DNA of 64,000 nucleotides from contig NW_027139581.1 of assembly GCF_035084215.1 (NCBI RefSeq), positions 1,364,001 through 1,428,000 on the forward strand, in the 5' to 3' direction. Both the position numbers and the translations under genes were made by a program. The stretch is from Heptranchias perlo. Its lineage: Eukaryota. This document shows, piece by piece, positions 12,425 through 25,491 of this stretch (its first letter is position 1; each line of letters opens with the position of its first letter). The notes beneath the pieces are model-generated. The model did not search any database and was not told where the DNA came from. It saw only the letters and a list, made by a program, of their open reading frames with translations.

Positions 12425-12810
12425 GATAGAAAATCTCGCATGTCTAAAGCGCATTTCACAGTGTCAGGTTGTCCCAACACGTTTTATAATCAATGAAATA
12501 CTTTTAGCTGTACTCACTGTTGTAATGCAGGCAGCCAATTTGAGCACAGCAAGCTCCCATAAACAGCAATGAAGAAAATGATTGGATAATCTGTTTTAGG
12601 TGTTGATTGAGTGATAAATGTTGGCCAGGACATCGGGGAGAACTCCACTGCTCTTCTTCGAATAGGACCACGGGATATTTTGCATCCACTTGAGGGGTCC
12701 TCAGTTTAATGTCTCATCCTAAAGACGGCATCTCCGACAGTGAAGAGCTCCCTCAATACAGCACTGAAGTGTCAGCCTAGATTTTCTGCACAAATCCCTG
12801 GAGTGTAAAC
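12425..12810 (-). mobile_element. DeuSINE (SacSINE1/AmnSINE1-like)
   Basis: The reverse complement carries the Deu-domain sequence gctgacacttcagtgctgtattgagggag...gatgagacattaaac...attcgaagaagagcag...gtcctggccaacatttatc and an L2-like tail. Confidence 0.8.
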
Positions 12811-13049
12811 TGTGCCCAGGCAAGGACCATGACTTGGTTAAATAAAGTTTACCAATCAATATATTAAAGTTAAGCCTCCAGCAATCAGACACCACTTTGT
12901 GTAACTTGGACTCCAGGTTCCAACAATTCTCTTAAAATGATTGCTGATTTTATTTTCATCCACCAATTGTACAGTGTCCATAAAAAGAAGGTGAACGGAA
13001 TAAAATCAAAACAAAAAAAGACTCTTCATAATAACATGAATCAATGCCA

Positions 13050-15502
13050 ATAGTGGTAATGTAGGGGCAGCATAAAACAGGAAATTAGAGATGCATGTAA
13101 AAAGAGTTCTACAGTAATCATGGGTGACTTTAATCTACATCTCGACTGGCCAAACCAAATTAGCAAAAATACAGTGGAGGTTGAATTCCTGGAGTGTGTA
13201 CCAGATGCTTTTTTAGGCCATTACGTTGAGGAGCCAACTAGGGGACAGGCTATCCTAGATTGGGTATTGTGCAATAGAAGGGGTTAATTAATAATCTTAT
13301 TGTGCGGGATCTAAACAAAGGAAACTACGAAGGTATGAGGAGTCAGTTGGCTATCATAGGTTGGGGAGCTTCATTAAAAGACATGACGGTTGATAGGCAA
13401 TGGCTAACATTTCAGGAACGAATGCATGAATTGCAACAGTTGTACATTCCCTTCTGGAGCAAAAACACAAAAAGAAAAGCGGCCCAACCATGGCGAACAA
13501 AAGAAATTAAGGATAGTATGAGATCCAAAGAGGAGTCATATAAAGTTGCCAGAAAAAGTAGCAAGCCTGAGGATTGGAAAGAGTTTACAATTCAGCAAAA
13601 AAGCACCAAGAGATTGATTGATAAGGGATTAATAGAGTATGAGAGTAAACTTTAAGGAACATCAAAGCAGATTGTGAACGCTTCTACAAGTATGTAAAAA
13701 GGCAAAGATTAGTGGAGACAAAAGTTGGTCCCTTACATTCAGAAGAGGGAGAATTTATAATGGGCAACAAGGAAATGATAGAGCAATTAAACAAATACTT
13801 TGGTTCTGCCTTCACGGAGGAGAACACAAATAACTTCCCAGAATTGCTGGGGAACCAAGGGTCTGGTGAGAAGGAGGTATTAAAGGAAATTAGTATTCGT
13901 AAAAAAAAATAGTGTTAGAGAAATTAATGGGACTGAAAGCCGATAAATCCACAGGAACTGATAATCTGCATCCCACAGCACTAAAAGAGGTAGCCATGGA
14001 AATAGCGGATGCATTGATTGTCATCGTCCAATATTGTATAGATGATGGAACAGTTCCTACTGATTGGAGAGTGGCAAATGTAATCCCACTATTTGAAAAA
14101 GGAGGGAGAGTGAAGACAGGGAAGAACAGACCGGTGAGCCTAACATCAGTAGTGGGGAAAATACTGGAGTCCATTATAATGGCTGTGATAACAGGGCACT
14201 TCGAAAATATCAACGGGATTAGACAAAGTCAACATGAATTTATGAAAGGGAAATCGTGTTTGACAAACCAACTGGAGATTTTTGATGATGTAAATGTTAG
14301 AATAGATAAGGGAGAACCAGTGGATGTGGTACATTTGGATTTTCAGAAGGCCTTTGATAAAGTCCCACATGATAGGTTAGTGTGCAATAGTAAAGCACAT
14401 TGGATTGGGGGTAATATGCTGGCAAGGAAACAGGAAGCGGAGAATAGGAATAAAAGAGTCTTTTTTGGGCTGCCAGGCGGTGACTAGTGTGGTACCACAG
14501 GGATCAGTGCTTGGGCCCCAGCTATTCACAATTTATATCAATGATTTGGATGAGTGAACCAAATGTAATATTTCCAAGTTTGCTGACGATACAAAACTCG
14601 GTGGGATGGTGAGTTGTGAGGATGATGCAAAGAGGCATCAAGGCGATTTAGACAAGTTGAGTGAGTGGGAAAACACATGGCAGGTGCAGTGTAATGTGGA
14701 TAAATGTGAAGTTATCCACTACGGAAGGAAAAACAGAAAGGCAGAGTATTATTGAAATGTTGATAGATTGGGAAATGTTGATGTACGAAGGGACCTGGGT
14801 GTCCTTGTACACCAGTGACTGAAATCAAACATGCAGGTGCAGCAAGCAGTTAGGAAGGCAAATGATATGTTGGCCTTCATTGCAAGAGGATTTCAGTACA
14901 AGAGCAGGGATGTCTTACTGCAGTTATACAGGGCCTTGGTGAGACCACACCTGAAGTATTCAGTGCAGTTTTTGTCTCTTTAAGAAAGGATATCCTTGTC
15001 ATAGAGGGAGTGCAGCGAAGGTTCACCAGACTGATTCCTGGGATGGCAGGAATGTCGTATGAGGAGTGATTGGATCGACTATGTCTGTTTTCACGTGAGT
15101 TTGAAGAATAAGAGGGGATCTCATTGAAATGTATAAAACTCTGACAGGACTAGACTGACTGGATGCAAGGACGATGTTTCTCCTGGATGGGGGGTCTGGA
15201 ACGAGGGGTCACCGTCTTTGGATACGAGGGAGGACATTTAGGACTGAGATGAGGAGAAATTTTATCACTCAGAGGGTGTTGAACCTGTGGAATTCTCTAC
15301 CACAGAAGGCTGTGGAGGCCAAGTCACTGAATATATTTAAGAAGGAGTTAGAAAGATTTCTAGACACAAAAGGCATCAAGGGGTGTGGGGAGAGAGCGGG
15401 AATATGGTACTGAGATAGAGGATCAGCCATGATCATATTGAGTGGTGGAGCAGTCTCGAAGGGCTGAATGGCCTACTCCTGCTCCTATTTTCCATGTTTT
15501 TT
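13050..15502 (+). mobile_element. CR1 LINE, 5'-truncated, decayed ORF2 (endonuclease remnant plus RT)
   Basis: GDFN, DFQKAFDKVPH, QGSVLGP and FADD motifs; CR1 3' tail ggctgaatggcctactcctgctcct. Confidence 0.92.
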
Positions 15503-17323
15503 GTAAAAAGGAATAGATTAGCAAAAGAAAACGTTAGACTCTTAGAGGCTGAGACAGGAGAAATTATGAGGGGGAATCAGGAAATTGCAGATGCGTTAAA
15601 CAAATATTGTTTCTTTGTCTTCACAGTCGAAGACACAAAAATCATACCAAAAATAATGGGGAACCAAGGGGTAAATGAGAGGGAGCAACTTTAAACAATT
15701 AATATCACTAGAGAAAAAGTACTGGATAAGTTAAAGGAGTAAAAGCCAATAAATCCCCTGGGCCTGATAGCCTACATCCAAGTGTTCTAAAAGAGGTGGC
15801 TGCAGAGATAGTGGATGCATCGGTTATGATCTTCCAAAATTCTCCAGATTCTGGAACGGTCCCAGTGGATTGGAAGATCGCAAATGTTATCCCGCTGTTC
15901 AAGAAGGGAGGGAGAGAGACAATAGGGAACTACAGGCCAGTTAACCTGACCTCTGCCGTTGGGAAAATGGTGGAATCCATTATTAAGGAAGTGGCAACAG
16001 GGCACTTAGAACATCACAATATAATTAGGCAGAGTCAACATGGTTTTATGAAAGGGAAGCCGTGTTTGCCAATTTATCAGAGTTTTTTGAGAATGCAACT
16101 AGCAGGATAGATAAAGGGGAACCAATGGATGTCGTATATTTGAATTTTCAAAAGGCATTCGATAAGGTGCCACATTGAAGGTTGTTACACAATGTAAGGA
16201 TTCATGGCGACGGGGTAACATATTAGCCCGGATAGAGGATTGATTGAGGGACAGAAAATAGAGCAACGATAAACGGGTCATTTTCGGGTTGGCAGGCTGT
16301 AACTCGTGGGGTCCCGTATGGATCGGTGCTTGGGCCTCACCTATGTACAATCTATATTAATGACTTTGATAAAGGGACCGAGTATAATGTATCCATTTTG
16401 CTGATGATACAAAGCTAGGTGTGAAAGTAAGCTGTGAGGAGGATACAAAGAGTCTGCAAAGGGATATAGACAGGCTCAGTGAATGGGCAAGAAGGTGGCA
16501 GGTGGAGTATAATGTGGGGAAAGGTGAGGTTATTCACTTAGGTAGGAAGAATAGAAAAACCGAGTATTTTTAAATGGTGAGAAACTTTTCAATGTTGGTG
16601 TTCAGGGAGAATGGGGTGTTCTCGTAAAAGAAACAGAAAAAATGAGTATGCAGGTGCAGCAAACAATTCGGAAGGAAAATCGGATGCTGGCGTTTATTGT
16701 AAGGGGCTTGGAGTATAAGAGTAAAGAAATCTTCCTACAAGGCATCGGTGAGACCTCACCTGGAGTACTGCATACAGTTTTGGTCTCCTTACCTAAGGAA
16801 GGAAAAACTTGCCTTCGAGGCGGTGCAATGAAGGTTCATTAGATTAATTCCTGGGATGAGAGGATTGTCCTATGAAGAGAGGTTGTGTAGAATGGGGATA
16901 TCCTCTCTGGAATTTAGAAAAATGAGAGATGATTTCATTGAAACATATTTGATTCCGAGAGGGCTTGACAGGGTAAATGCTGAGAGGCTGTTTTCCCTGG
17001 CTGGGGAGTCTTGAACTAGGGGGCATATTATCCGGGTAAGCGGTCGGCCATTCAAGACTGAGATGAGGAGGAATTTCTTCACGCAGAGGGTTGAGAATCT
17101 TTGGAATTCTTCACCCCAGATGGCTGTGGATGCTGAGTCATTCAATGTATTGAAGACTGAGATCGATAATTTTTTGGACTCTCGGGGAATCAAGGGATAT
17201 GGGAATCGGGAAGGAAAGTGGAGTTGAGGTCGAAGATCAGCCATGATCTGATTGAATGACGGAGCGGGCTCGAGGGGCCGTATGGCCGACTTCTGCTCCT
17301 ATTTTACGTTCTTATGTTCTTAT
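15503..17323 (+). mobile_element. Second CR1 LINE, 5'-truncated, tandem to the first
   Basis: RT motifs (WKIANVIPLFKKG, YRPVNLT); tail ending ttcttatgttcttat. Confidence 0.92.
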
Positions 17324-17973
17324 ATTGCTCAATGCTATATTTAAAAAAATAAAAAGAAGGATTTGTTTCCCAAACAGCATTAAACGATGGGATTCTTGTC
17401 ATTCTGCAGTGATTTGAAGCGACCATTCCATATGCAGACCCAGTGCTACCATGAGGCTATCAATGTCTGTTCATGGATTTCCAACTGTGCTTTTTATCAA
17501 ATTCGAGTTGGAGAGAATGTTCATGTTTCGTTTTCAGCATTGAAGTCTATTTATTCTGAGAGAAGAATCCATGTGGGACACCGGGATTCAATTCCCCGAC
17601 AGGGAGGTTACACTTTTGCTGTCTTTAATAGATTCACTTTCATTTCTCTTGTAATTTATCCGCAATATTGGATGCGGGAAATACACTGAAAGACAAACTC
17701 GGACCATCCCACTTCCCACAATTTAATTTCACTGATATTCCAGCGATTTTAAAAGCTGCTCTCTGCCTCACTCTTCACCTCGATATCAGAACCAACAGTT
17801 CATCTGTTTTTTTTTTTGTGGTGTCGTTTGAGGAAAGATTATCGTCCAGGTTTCCAGCCATGCGCAAAGCAAAGTCCCACAAACCGCAATTACAAAGTAA
17901 CAGGTACATAATACAGATGTAAAACGAGTGGAACTGAGCAGTATGAAAGTGTAACGGGATTAAATTAAAGAGC

Positions 17974-18040
17974 TACCGGGAGTGGGGTTCACCCGGGTGT
18001 AAACCAATTGGATCTTAAGTCCTTAACCACTCGGCCTGGT
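17974..18040 (-). pseudogene. tRNA-Leu(TAA) relic with deletions
   Basis: Reverse complement accaggccgagtggttaaggacttaagatccaa...gaaccccactcccggta. Confidence 0.75.
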
Positions 18041-18463
18041 GCTTAATGACACTTTATTTATCTTTCCACGGGCCACTGGTGAAAGAAGACTGAGCGGCCA
18101 CTTTTCCATCTCTTTGTTGGATCATGTCCAGAGTCAAATTATGTGAGGAACGCGGAAGAGAGTGAGGGAGAGAAAGAAAGAGACAGAAACCCATTCAGAA
18201 AAACGGAGAAAATGTGAGGCGCGCGCACACACATACACACGTACAAATACACACAGAGTGACTCAAACATCCAGAGAGAGACAGACTGTCGGTCAATTGG
18301 CACATTCTTTGTTCTATTTCTATCTTAGATTTCATGAAATCTTGCAGATCAGTTCCAATGAGCGTAAAACTCGAGGTGTTAAAAGCCGTGCATTTTTAAT
18401 TCACTGAAGAATTAGTAATTCTACAAGAAGTTTGCTGCAATTAAAACGCAGATAATGGGATCC

Positions 18464-18535
18464 CCAGTCCTCAGGATCCGAATCTGCGTGGAGAATGGAG
18501 TTCTAGTCCATCGCCTTAACCACTCGGGAATACTC
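18464..18535 (-). pseudogene. tRNA-Ser(AGA) relic
   Basis: Reverse complement ccgagtggttaaggcgatggactagaactccatt...cgcagattcggatcctg. Confidence 0.7.
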
Positions 18536-18555
18536 ACCGCCATAAACACTTAGCG

Positions 18556-18639
18556 ACTAGGATAGCAGCGTGGTTAAAACATTGGACTCAAAATATAACG
18601 GCTTTTTACCCGCGGGGGGTTCGAAACGCACTTCTGACA
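18556..18639 (+). pseudogene. tRNA-Leu relic (anticodon reads CAA)
   Basis: Colinear with 19686-19768 but heavily substituted. Confidence 0.7.
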
Positions 18640-18946
18640 GCTGTTATTTCTCTTACATTTTGATACTGCTCATTGACACTCTTGTTCCATCTGCCTCATG
18701 GACCTGTTACTCTGTCATTGCTGCTTGTGGGACCTTGCTGATCGCAAATTTCCAAACCTGGACGATAATCATCACCACCAAAAAGCAGACAAACTGGTCA
18801 TCCTTTTCATTGCTGTATGTGAGATCTTTCTGGTAAAACTCCTCTCCGCCCCTTCCGATGCCTTTCTCTCTCTGTCCCTCACCACGACACTAACGAGGAA
18901 CTGGAAAAGGACGGAAAGTGAAGCTTTTGAAGGCAGCAAAAGTTCC

Positions 18947-19019
18947 ACTTCCGCTTGGGGAATTGAACCGCGGGTGCCTGAGTGACAGGCGAGGATTCTC
19001 ACCAGGAAAGGAACGAGGA
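18947..19019 (-). pseudogene. tRNA-Asp(GTC) relic
   Basis: Reverse complement tcctcgtt...ggtgagaatcctcgcctgtcactc...ggttcaattcccc. Confidence 0.7.
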
Positions 19020-19458
19020 GCTGGTGCAGTCTGGTGAAGGAAACTCACCACAGGTGGCGTGAGACACCCTTTAAATCTCAGTGAATCTATTTCAAACTTT
19101 TATTTGATGACAATTTGCGAAACTTCCTTCTTCAACTAACACCACCAAAACGCAGATTAACTGGACATTCATTTCATTGTTGTATGTGGGATATTTCTGG
19201 AAAAGTTCCTCTGCGCCATTATTAGGGCCTCTCTTACTCTCCGTCTCTCTCTCTCTCTCTGTTTCGGGCTGCTGAATTCGCCCGGGTCTGCTCACAGCTC
19301 GATTCTGACATCGAGGTGAAGAGTGACGCAGAGAGCAGGTTTCAAAATCGCTGGAATATCAGTGAAATTAAATTGTGGAAAGTGGGATGGTCCGAGTTCG
19401 ACTTTCAGTGTGTTTTCCACATGAAATAGTGAAGATTTTAAAGGCAACAACAATGGGA

Positions 19459-19531
19459 CTTCGACATTGGCGAATTGAACCATAATCAACCGCTTGACAG
19501 ATGGGGATACTAAACTCTGCACGAACGAGGA
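19459..19531 (-). pseudogene. tRNA-Asp(GTC) relic
   Basis: Reverse complement tcctcgttcgtgcagagtttagtatccccatctgtcaagcgg...ggttcaattc. Confidence 0.65.
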
Positions 19532-19685
19532 ACTAGCGTGAGCCACTGATGGAGATTCCGCACAGATAGCGTTGGACACGCTTCAAGTTTCAGTGAATCT
19601 ATTCTCACCATGAATTTAATGACAAAGGAAAGCGTAGAAGAAATGACAATCAAGTACATTACACATAGAGCAAAGCTGCGAAAAG

Positions 19686-19768
19686 ACCAGGATGGCCGAG
19701 TGGTTAAGGCGTTGGACTTAAGATCCAATGGGTTTATACCCGCGTGGGTTCGAACCCCACTCCTGGTA
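19686..19768 (+). tRNA. tRNA-Leu(TAA), intact
   Basis: 83 nt matching the vertebrate Leu-TAA body (ACCAGGATGGCCGAGTGGTTAAGGCGTTGGACTTAAGATCCAATG...GGTTCGAACCCCACTCCTGGTA). The variable arm GGGT-TTAT-ACCC pairs, and a TTTT terminator follows. Confidence 0.95.
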
Positions 19769-20219
19769 GGTTTTATTTCCGTTACATTTCGATATTGCTC
19801 ATTGACTCTCTTTTGCCATTTGCATCACAGAAGGAGGCCTTTTGGCCCATCGTGTCCGTGCCGGCTCCATGCAAGACCAACCCAGCAAGGCCCTCTCCCC
19901 AGCCCTATCCCCGGAGCACTGCATTTTTTTCCTTTCAAGGACTTATCCTGTTCCGTTTTGAAAGTCATGATTGAATCTGCCTCCATCAGCCACTCGGGAT
20001 GCTGAATTAGCCCGGGTCTGTTCACAACGCGACTCTGCCTTTAATTTCTTGCTCATTATTGTGGTTCTGACATCGAGGTGACGCAGAGAGCAAGATATAA
20101 AATCGCTGAAATATCAGTTGAATTATATTGTGGAAAGTGGGATTGTCCGAGTTCGTTTATCAGTGTTTTTTCACACGTCCAATGTTGGAAATAAATGATA
20201 TCTTTAAAGGTAGAAGAAG

Positions 20220-20293
20220 TTCATCGTCCAGGTGTACTTAAACCCAGGTCCACCGTGTAATCGCCAGGGATAGTCACCACCGTACTGACGAGT
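20220..20293 (-). pseudogene. Highly decayed tRNA-Asp relic
   Basis: Reverse complement tactcgtcagtacggtggtgactatccc...gacctgggtttaag. Confidence 0.5.
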
Positions 20294-20413
20294 AACGAGC
20301 GTGAACATCCGACCCCCTGAGCGACGGCTGATACCTGGACCAGTTCTGCGGTTCTGTGTCGCAGAGCGCTGGATTATTGCTATTTTAAGGGAGCAGCGTT
20401 GTATTGAAGCCAA

Positions 20414-20495
20414 GTGGTCGTGGCCGAGTGGTTAAGGCAATGGACTCGAAATCCATTGGGGTCACCCCGCGCAGGGTCGAATCCTGCCGACTACG
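20414..20495 (+). tRNA. tRNA-Ser with CGA anticodon on a Ser-AGA/TGA-type body; B-box mutated (GGTCGA), so function doubtful
   Basis: 82 nt GTGGTCGTGGCCGAGTGGTTAAGGCAATGGACTCGAAATCCATTGGGG...CCTGCCGACTACG; T54 replaced by G. Confidence 0.75.
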
Positions 20496-20559
20496 GTCCA
20501 GATTTCACTTTACAGACCTTTCATCACCGCGTTTCAACATTTTCGTGTGTGTGAAATGA

Positions 20560-21365
20560 AAATGCGAGAATCCATTATTAAGAAGTAGGAGCAGGACATT
20601 CGCGGACTCACAATACAATCTAAATTGTCAGCATCGTTTTATGAATGGGAAATCGTGCCTGACAATTTTATTAGAGTTCTTTGAGGAAGTACGAGCAGGG
20701 TGGATAAAGGGGAACCAATGGATGCAGTATATTTGGAGTTCCAAAAGGCATTCGATGAGATGCCACATAAAAGGTGGTATCCCTGCTGCTTGTTATTCTC
20801 CATGCTTGCACCCACCCGTGCCTTCTGCCGCTTCCTGCCACGCTGCAGCCACTGCTTCTGGCCTTTACCTCGCAGAGAATAACAGGCACAAGATTAGAGC
20901 TCACGGATTGAGGATTGGCGAACTAACAGAAAACAAAGAGTTGGGATAAAAGGTTCATTTTCAAAATGGCAATCTGTCACTAGTGGGTGCCGCAGGGATC
21001 AGTGCTCGGGCCTCAACTATTTACAATATATATCAATGACTTGGATGAAGGAACAGGGTGTATTGTGGCCAAATTTGCTGATGATACGAAGATCGGTGGA
21101 AAAGCAAGTTGCGAGGGTGACACAAAGTATCTGCAAAGGGATATTGACAGGTTAAGCGAGTGGGCAAAATTTGACAGATGGAATATAATGTGGGAAAATG
21201 TGAATTCATCCACTTTGGCAGGAAAAATAAAAAAGCAAAATATTATTTGAATGGAGAAATACTACAGAATGCTGCGGTACAGAGGGATCTGGGTGTCCTC
21301 GTACATGAAACACAAAAAGTCAACATACAGGTGCAGCAGGTAATCCAGAAGGCAAACTGAATATT
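20560..21365 (+). mobile_element. CR1 RT fragment carrying a ~110-bp foreign insert
   Basis: PQGSVLGP...KFADDTK motif. Confidence 0.85.
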
Positions 21366-21530
21366 GAACTATTGAGAGAAAGACAGAGAAACGGACACTC
21401 ACGCAGAAAAGCTTAGGAAAAGTGAGTCACACACACATTACACACAGAGGCATGGTCGTTCTTGGTGCCCGTCTGTTGCAGAGCGATGGATCGTGGCAAT
21501 TTTAAGTTAGCAGCATTTAGCTCAACTCAA

Positions 21531-21615
21531 ACAGTCGTGGCGGGGGTTGTTTCGGGCGATGGATAAACAATTTAATTGGGCTCTCCCCGGGCAGGTTCGA
21601 GCCTTGCCGACTATG
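21531..21615 (+). pseudogene. tRNA-Ser relic
   Basis: agtcgtggc...gcaggttcgagccttgccgactatg. Confidence 0.65.
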
Positions 21616-22003
21616 GTTTAGAGCTTTATTTTCAGACCCTTCACGTCTGCCTTTCAACGTACACGTGTATATCTGTCTGTCAGTGGTGCACCTGTGTGTG
21701 TGAGAGTCTGCATGTGTATCAGTGTCTGCTGTGTCAGTGTGTGTGTATATTGTGTCTGTGCGTGTGTATCTCACTTCTTCAACGCTTTTCAGAGTGTCTC
21801 TCTGTCACTCTTTCCCCCGCTCCTCACATCATTTCATTCTGGACTTTGACTAACAAAGAGATGGAATGTGTGAAAGACATGCCTTCTTTAAACAGTTTGT
21901 GTGCGGGTTGCCGAGAGTGCTGCCCACTGAGCGACGGCTGATAACGCATCCAACGTTGCAGATAAATTAAAGTGAAGCTTTTAAAAGCAGCAGAAGTTGA
22001 TTT

Positions 22004-22074
22004 TTTCTATCGGGTCATTGAGTCCCGGCCTCGAGTGTGATATGTGGGGAAACTCACCACTGTACTAACGAGGA
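22004..22074 (-). pseudogene. tRNA-Asp relic
   Basis: Reverse complement tcctcgttagtacagtggtgagtttcccc... Confidence 0.65.
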
Positions 22075-22450
22075 GCTGAAGTGCGCTGCTCCAGGACACT
22101 CACCACAGATGGCGTTACACACAATTCAAGTTTCACTTAATCTATTTTAACCATTTATTTGCTAACAATTTGCTTGACTTTCCACGGGCAACTGTTGAAA
22201 GAAGACTTACTTTTCACATTTCCATCTCTTTGTTCCTCAAGGTCCAGAATGAAGTGATGTGGGGAGCGGGAGAGAGTGAGAGAGAGAGAGAAAGGCAGAG
22301 AAACGGAAACCCACTCAGAAAAGCTTTGAAAAAGTGAGACACAAAAATACAGGTACATTACCCACACAGGCATCCTGATTCTTAATGCTCGTCTGTTAGA
22401 GAGCGATGGATCTTTGTAATTTAACTGTGAGCAGCGTTTGGAGCAAGTCA

Positions 22451-22510
22451 AGTCGTTGACTGGAAATCAATTGGGGTTTCCCCACGCAGCTTCGAATCCT
22501 GCCGACTGCA
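22451..22510 (+). pseudogene. 5'-truncated tRNA-Ser relic (anticodon GGA)
   Basis: gactggaaatcaattggggtttccccacgcagcttcgaatcctgccgact. Confidence 0.7.
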
Positions 22511-22561
22511 GCTCAGAGCTTTCTTTTCGAAACTTTCATCTCTGCGTTTCAACCTACACGA

Positions 22562-22598
<37 letters not shown>

Positions 22599-23358
22599 TG
22601 CTTTTGTGTGTCATGTGTGTGTCTCACTTTCACAACGCTTTTCAAAGTGTTTCTCTGTCTTTCTCTCTCTCTGTCTCTCTTTCCCCCGCTCCCCACATTA
22701 TTTCATCCTCACTAACAAAGAGATGGAAATGTGAAAGACAAGCCTTCTTTCAGCAGATTGTGTGCTGGCTGCCGAGAGTGCTGCCCACTGAGCGACTGCT
22801 GACACCTCGACCAGTTCTGCGGTTTGAAGCCCACTCCTGGTCGCTTTTTAATTTACACTTTCATACTGTTCAGTGACACTCTTTTTACACCTGCATTATG
22901 TACCTGGTATTTTGTCATTGCTATTAATGTGACCTTGCTAACACCAACAAAAAGCAGGTTAACTGCCCATCCATTTCATTGTTGTATGTGGGATCTTTCT
23001 GGTAAACCTCCACTTGGAGAGAAATTGCAAGAGGAATGAAAGTGAAGCTTTTAAAGGCAATAAAAATGTAACCTCCCGGTCGGGAAATTGAACCCTGGTT
23101 TCCACGGGCCACTGTTGAAAGAAGACTGACCTTTCACATTTCCATCTCGATGTTAGTCAAAGTCCAGAATAAAGTAATGTGGGGAGAGCGGGAGCGAGTG
23201 ACAGAGAGAGAACGACAGAGAAACAGAGATTCACTCAGAAATCTGAGAACAAGTGAGACACACACACACACACTTAGGCACATTATACACAGAGGCAAAA
23301 TCGTTAAACCTCTCTCGCCCCCTCCCTCTATGTTTCAATGTGTGTCTCAGGATCAGTC

Positions 23359-23393
<35 letters not shown>

Positions 23394-24263
23394 GATTCTC
23401 TCTTTCTCTCTCTCTCTCTCTCACAGTCTCTGTTTCTCCATATCTCCCTCTCGCTCTCTCTCTCTGTCAGTTTATCTCTCCACCTTCCTCTCTCTAATAC
23501 CCGCATATCTGAGAATCACAGGGTCAAAGAAGGGAACAGATCGGAACACATTTGGGCTCTGCAACAGACGGGCCCCAAGAATTCAGTCCCCAAACAGTCT
23601 CCGCTCAATAATATTCTGAAAGTGACAATCACCTGTTTCATTCTTTTTCTGTTCTATTTCTCTCTGTCGTTTTTGAAGAAGAAGCGAGGCAAAGAAGTAA
23701 AATTTGTAGTTGGCCTCTTAAAAATGCTTCCTCCCCATCGGGGAACTAAATGCCTGGCTGAGGGGGGATATCTCACCACGATGGAGAATATCCAATTGGA
23801 ACTGGTTTTTCTGAAGCCTTTTAATCGCCCCACGTCCCCGTGTCTCCCCATCTCAGGGAGGAGGTCAAACTCGCCGGAAAAACTTTGACCATTTAACGAT
23901 TCTAGCGGAGCCGTTTTCCTGGGAGTCGGTTTTGAAACAGGACACAGGCTCAATGTGTTCCAATCTGTTTCCTTCTTTGACCCTGTGATTCTCAAATCTG
24001 CGGGTATTGGACAGATGGAGGGAGAGAGACTGACACAGACTCAGACAGACCGAGAGAGACTCTTTCTGTCCCAGTGTCTCTCTCTCTTTCTGAGTGTCTC
24101 TCTTTGTCACTCTTTTCCTCGCACCCCACATCACTTTATTCTGAATCTTAACGAACAGAGAGATGGAAATGTGAACAGTCAGTCTTCTTTCAACAGTGGC
24201 CCGTGGAAAGTTAAACAAACTGTCATCAAATAGGTCATTTCATTAAAAATTGAAACGCGAAAC

Positions 24264-24335
24264 AGGTGCGGACGGGGATCGAACCCGCGCTCTTCGGTTT
24301 ACGAGACCGACGCCTTTCCACTTGGCCACCGCACC
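24264..24335 (-). tRNA. tRNA-Thr(CGT), intact
   Basis: Reverse complement GGTGCGGTGGCCAAGTGGAAAGGCGTCGGTCTCGTAAACCGAAGAGCGCGGGTTCGATCCCCGTCCGCACCT; the stems pair and a T5 terminator lies downstream. Confidence 0.92.
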
Positions 24336-24959
24336 TCATGTTTAAAAAGCGGATGATAATGTTCTTCAGCTGGTGAAGTCAGATCAACAGGTGTTTGCAA
24401 CTGATTGCGACAATCGACTGATTGAGGACCAATGGATTTCTGCTATTCCGCCTGAACTCATAATTTCATGACAGTTTATTTAACGGGCCATTGTGGAAAG
24501 AGTCACAGAGGGAGAGAGATAGAAAGAGACAGACAGGGAGAGAGATAGACACGGGGAGAAAGAGACAGGGAGAGAGACCTTAATAAACAGTTTTCAAATC
24601 GTTGGAATATCAATGAAATTAAATTTTGGAAAGTGGGATGGTCCGAGTTAGTCTTTCAATCTATTTTCCACATCAAATATTGGAAATAAATTTCTTTCTG
24701 TCTGTCTCTCTCTCTCTGTTTGGAGCGGCTGAATTAGCCCGGGTCTGGAAACAGCTCGATTCTGCGTATTCATTACTTGCACATTATTCGGGTTCTGAAA
24801 TCGAGGTGAAGAGTGAGGCAGAGAGCAGGTTTTAAAATCGCTGGAATATCAGTGAAATTAAATTGTGGAAAGTGGGATGGTCCGAGTTCGACGTTCAGTG
24901 TATTTTCTACATCAAACATTGGAGATCAATTGCAAGTGAAAGTTTTTCGGACGGAGGGA

Positions 24960-25395
24960 GGTGTCCAGTGGTGTTCCCTCGGGGTCGGTACTGAGACCAC
25001 TGTTTTTTTGATATATATTAATGACTTGGACTTGGGTGCACAGGGCACAATGTTAAAAATTGCAGATGACACAAAACTTGGAAGTGCATTGAACAGTGAG
25101 GAGGACAGTGATAGACTGCAACAAATATATATTCCTTAAGGCACAAAAACCCAACAGGAAAAGTGATCCAACCGTGGCTAACAAGATAAATTAAAGATAG
25201 TATAAAATCAAAGGAAGAGGCAAATAAAGTTGCCAGAAAAAGCAGTAAGCCTGAGGATTGGGAGCATTTTAGAATTCAGCAAAGGAGGATCAAGAAATTG
25301 ATAAAGAGGGAAAATTGAAAATGAGAGTAAACTAGCAAGAAACAGAACGGACTCTAAAAGCTTCTGTTGGAATGGAAAAAGCTAAAGACGAGCGG
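24960..25395 (+). mobile_element. Two fused CR1 ORF2 fragments
   Basis: YINDLD/ADDTKLG motif, then a segment matching 13460-13700. Confidence 0.75.
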
Positions 25396-25408
25396 TCGTG
25401 CTGGAAGG

Positions 25409-25491
25409 ACCAGGATGACCGAGTGGTTCAGGCTTTGGATTTAAGATCCAGTGGATTTATCCCCGCGTGTTTCCGAACCCCACTCCTCGCA
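25409..25491 (+). pseudogene. tRNA-Leu(TAA) relic
   Basis: Colinear with 19686-19768; T arm disrupted. Confidence 0.75.

Noticed and set aside
19045-19062. CTCF-like ccacaggtggcg upstream of Asp relics (also near 22101)
   Set aside because: The 5' half of the core consensus does not fit; too weak without matrix scoring.
23253-23888. 211-aa ORF conserved with 46490-46960
   Set aside because: The conservation reflects recent segmental duplication; the ORF crosses a CT microsatellite and a tRNA relic and has no recognisable domain.
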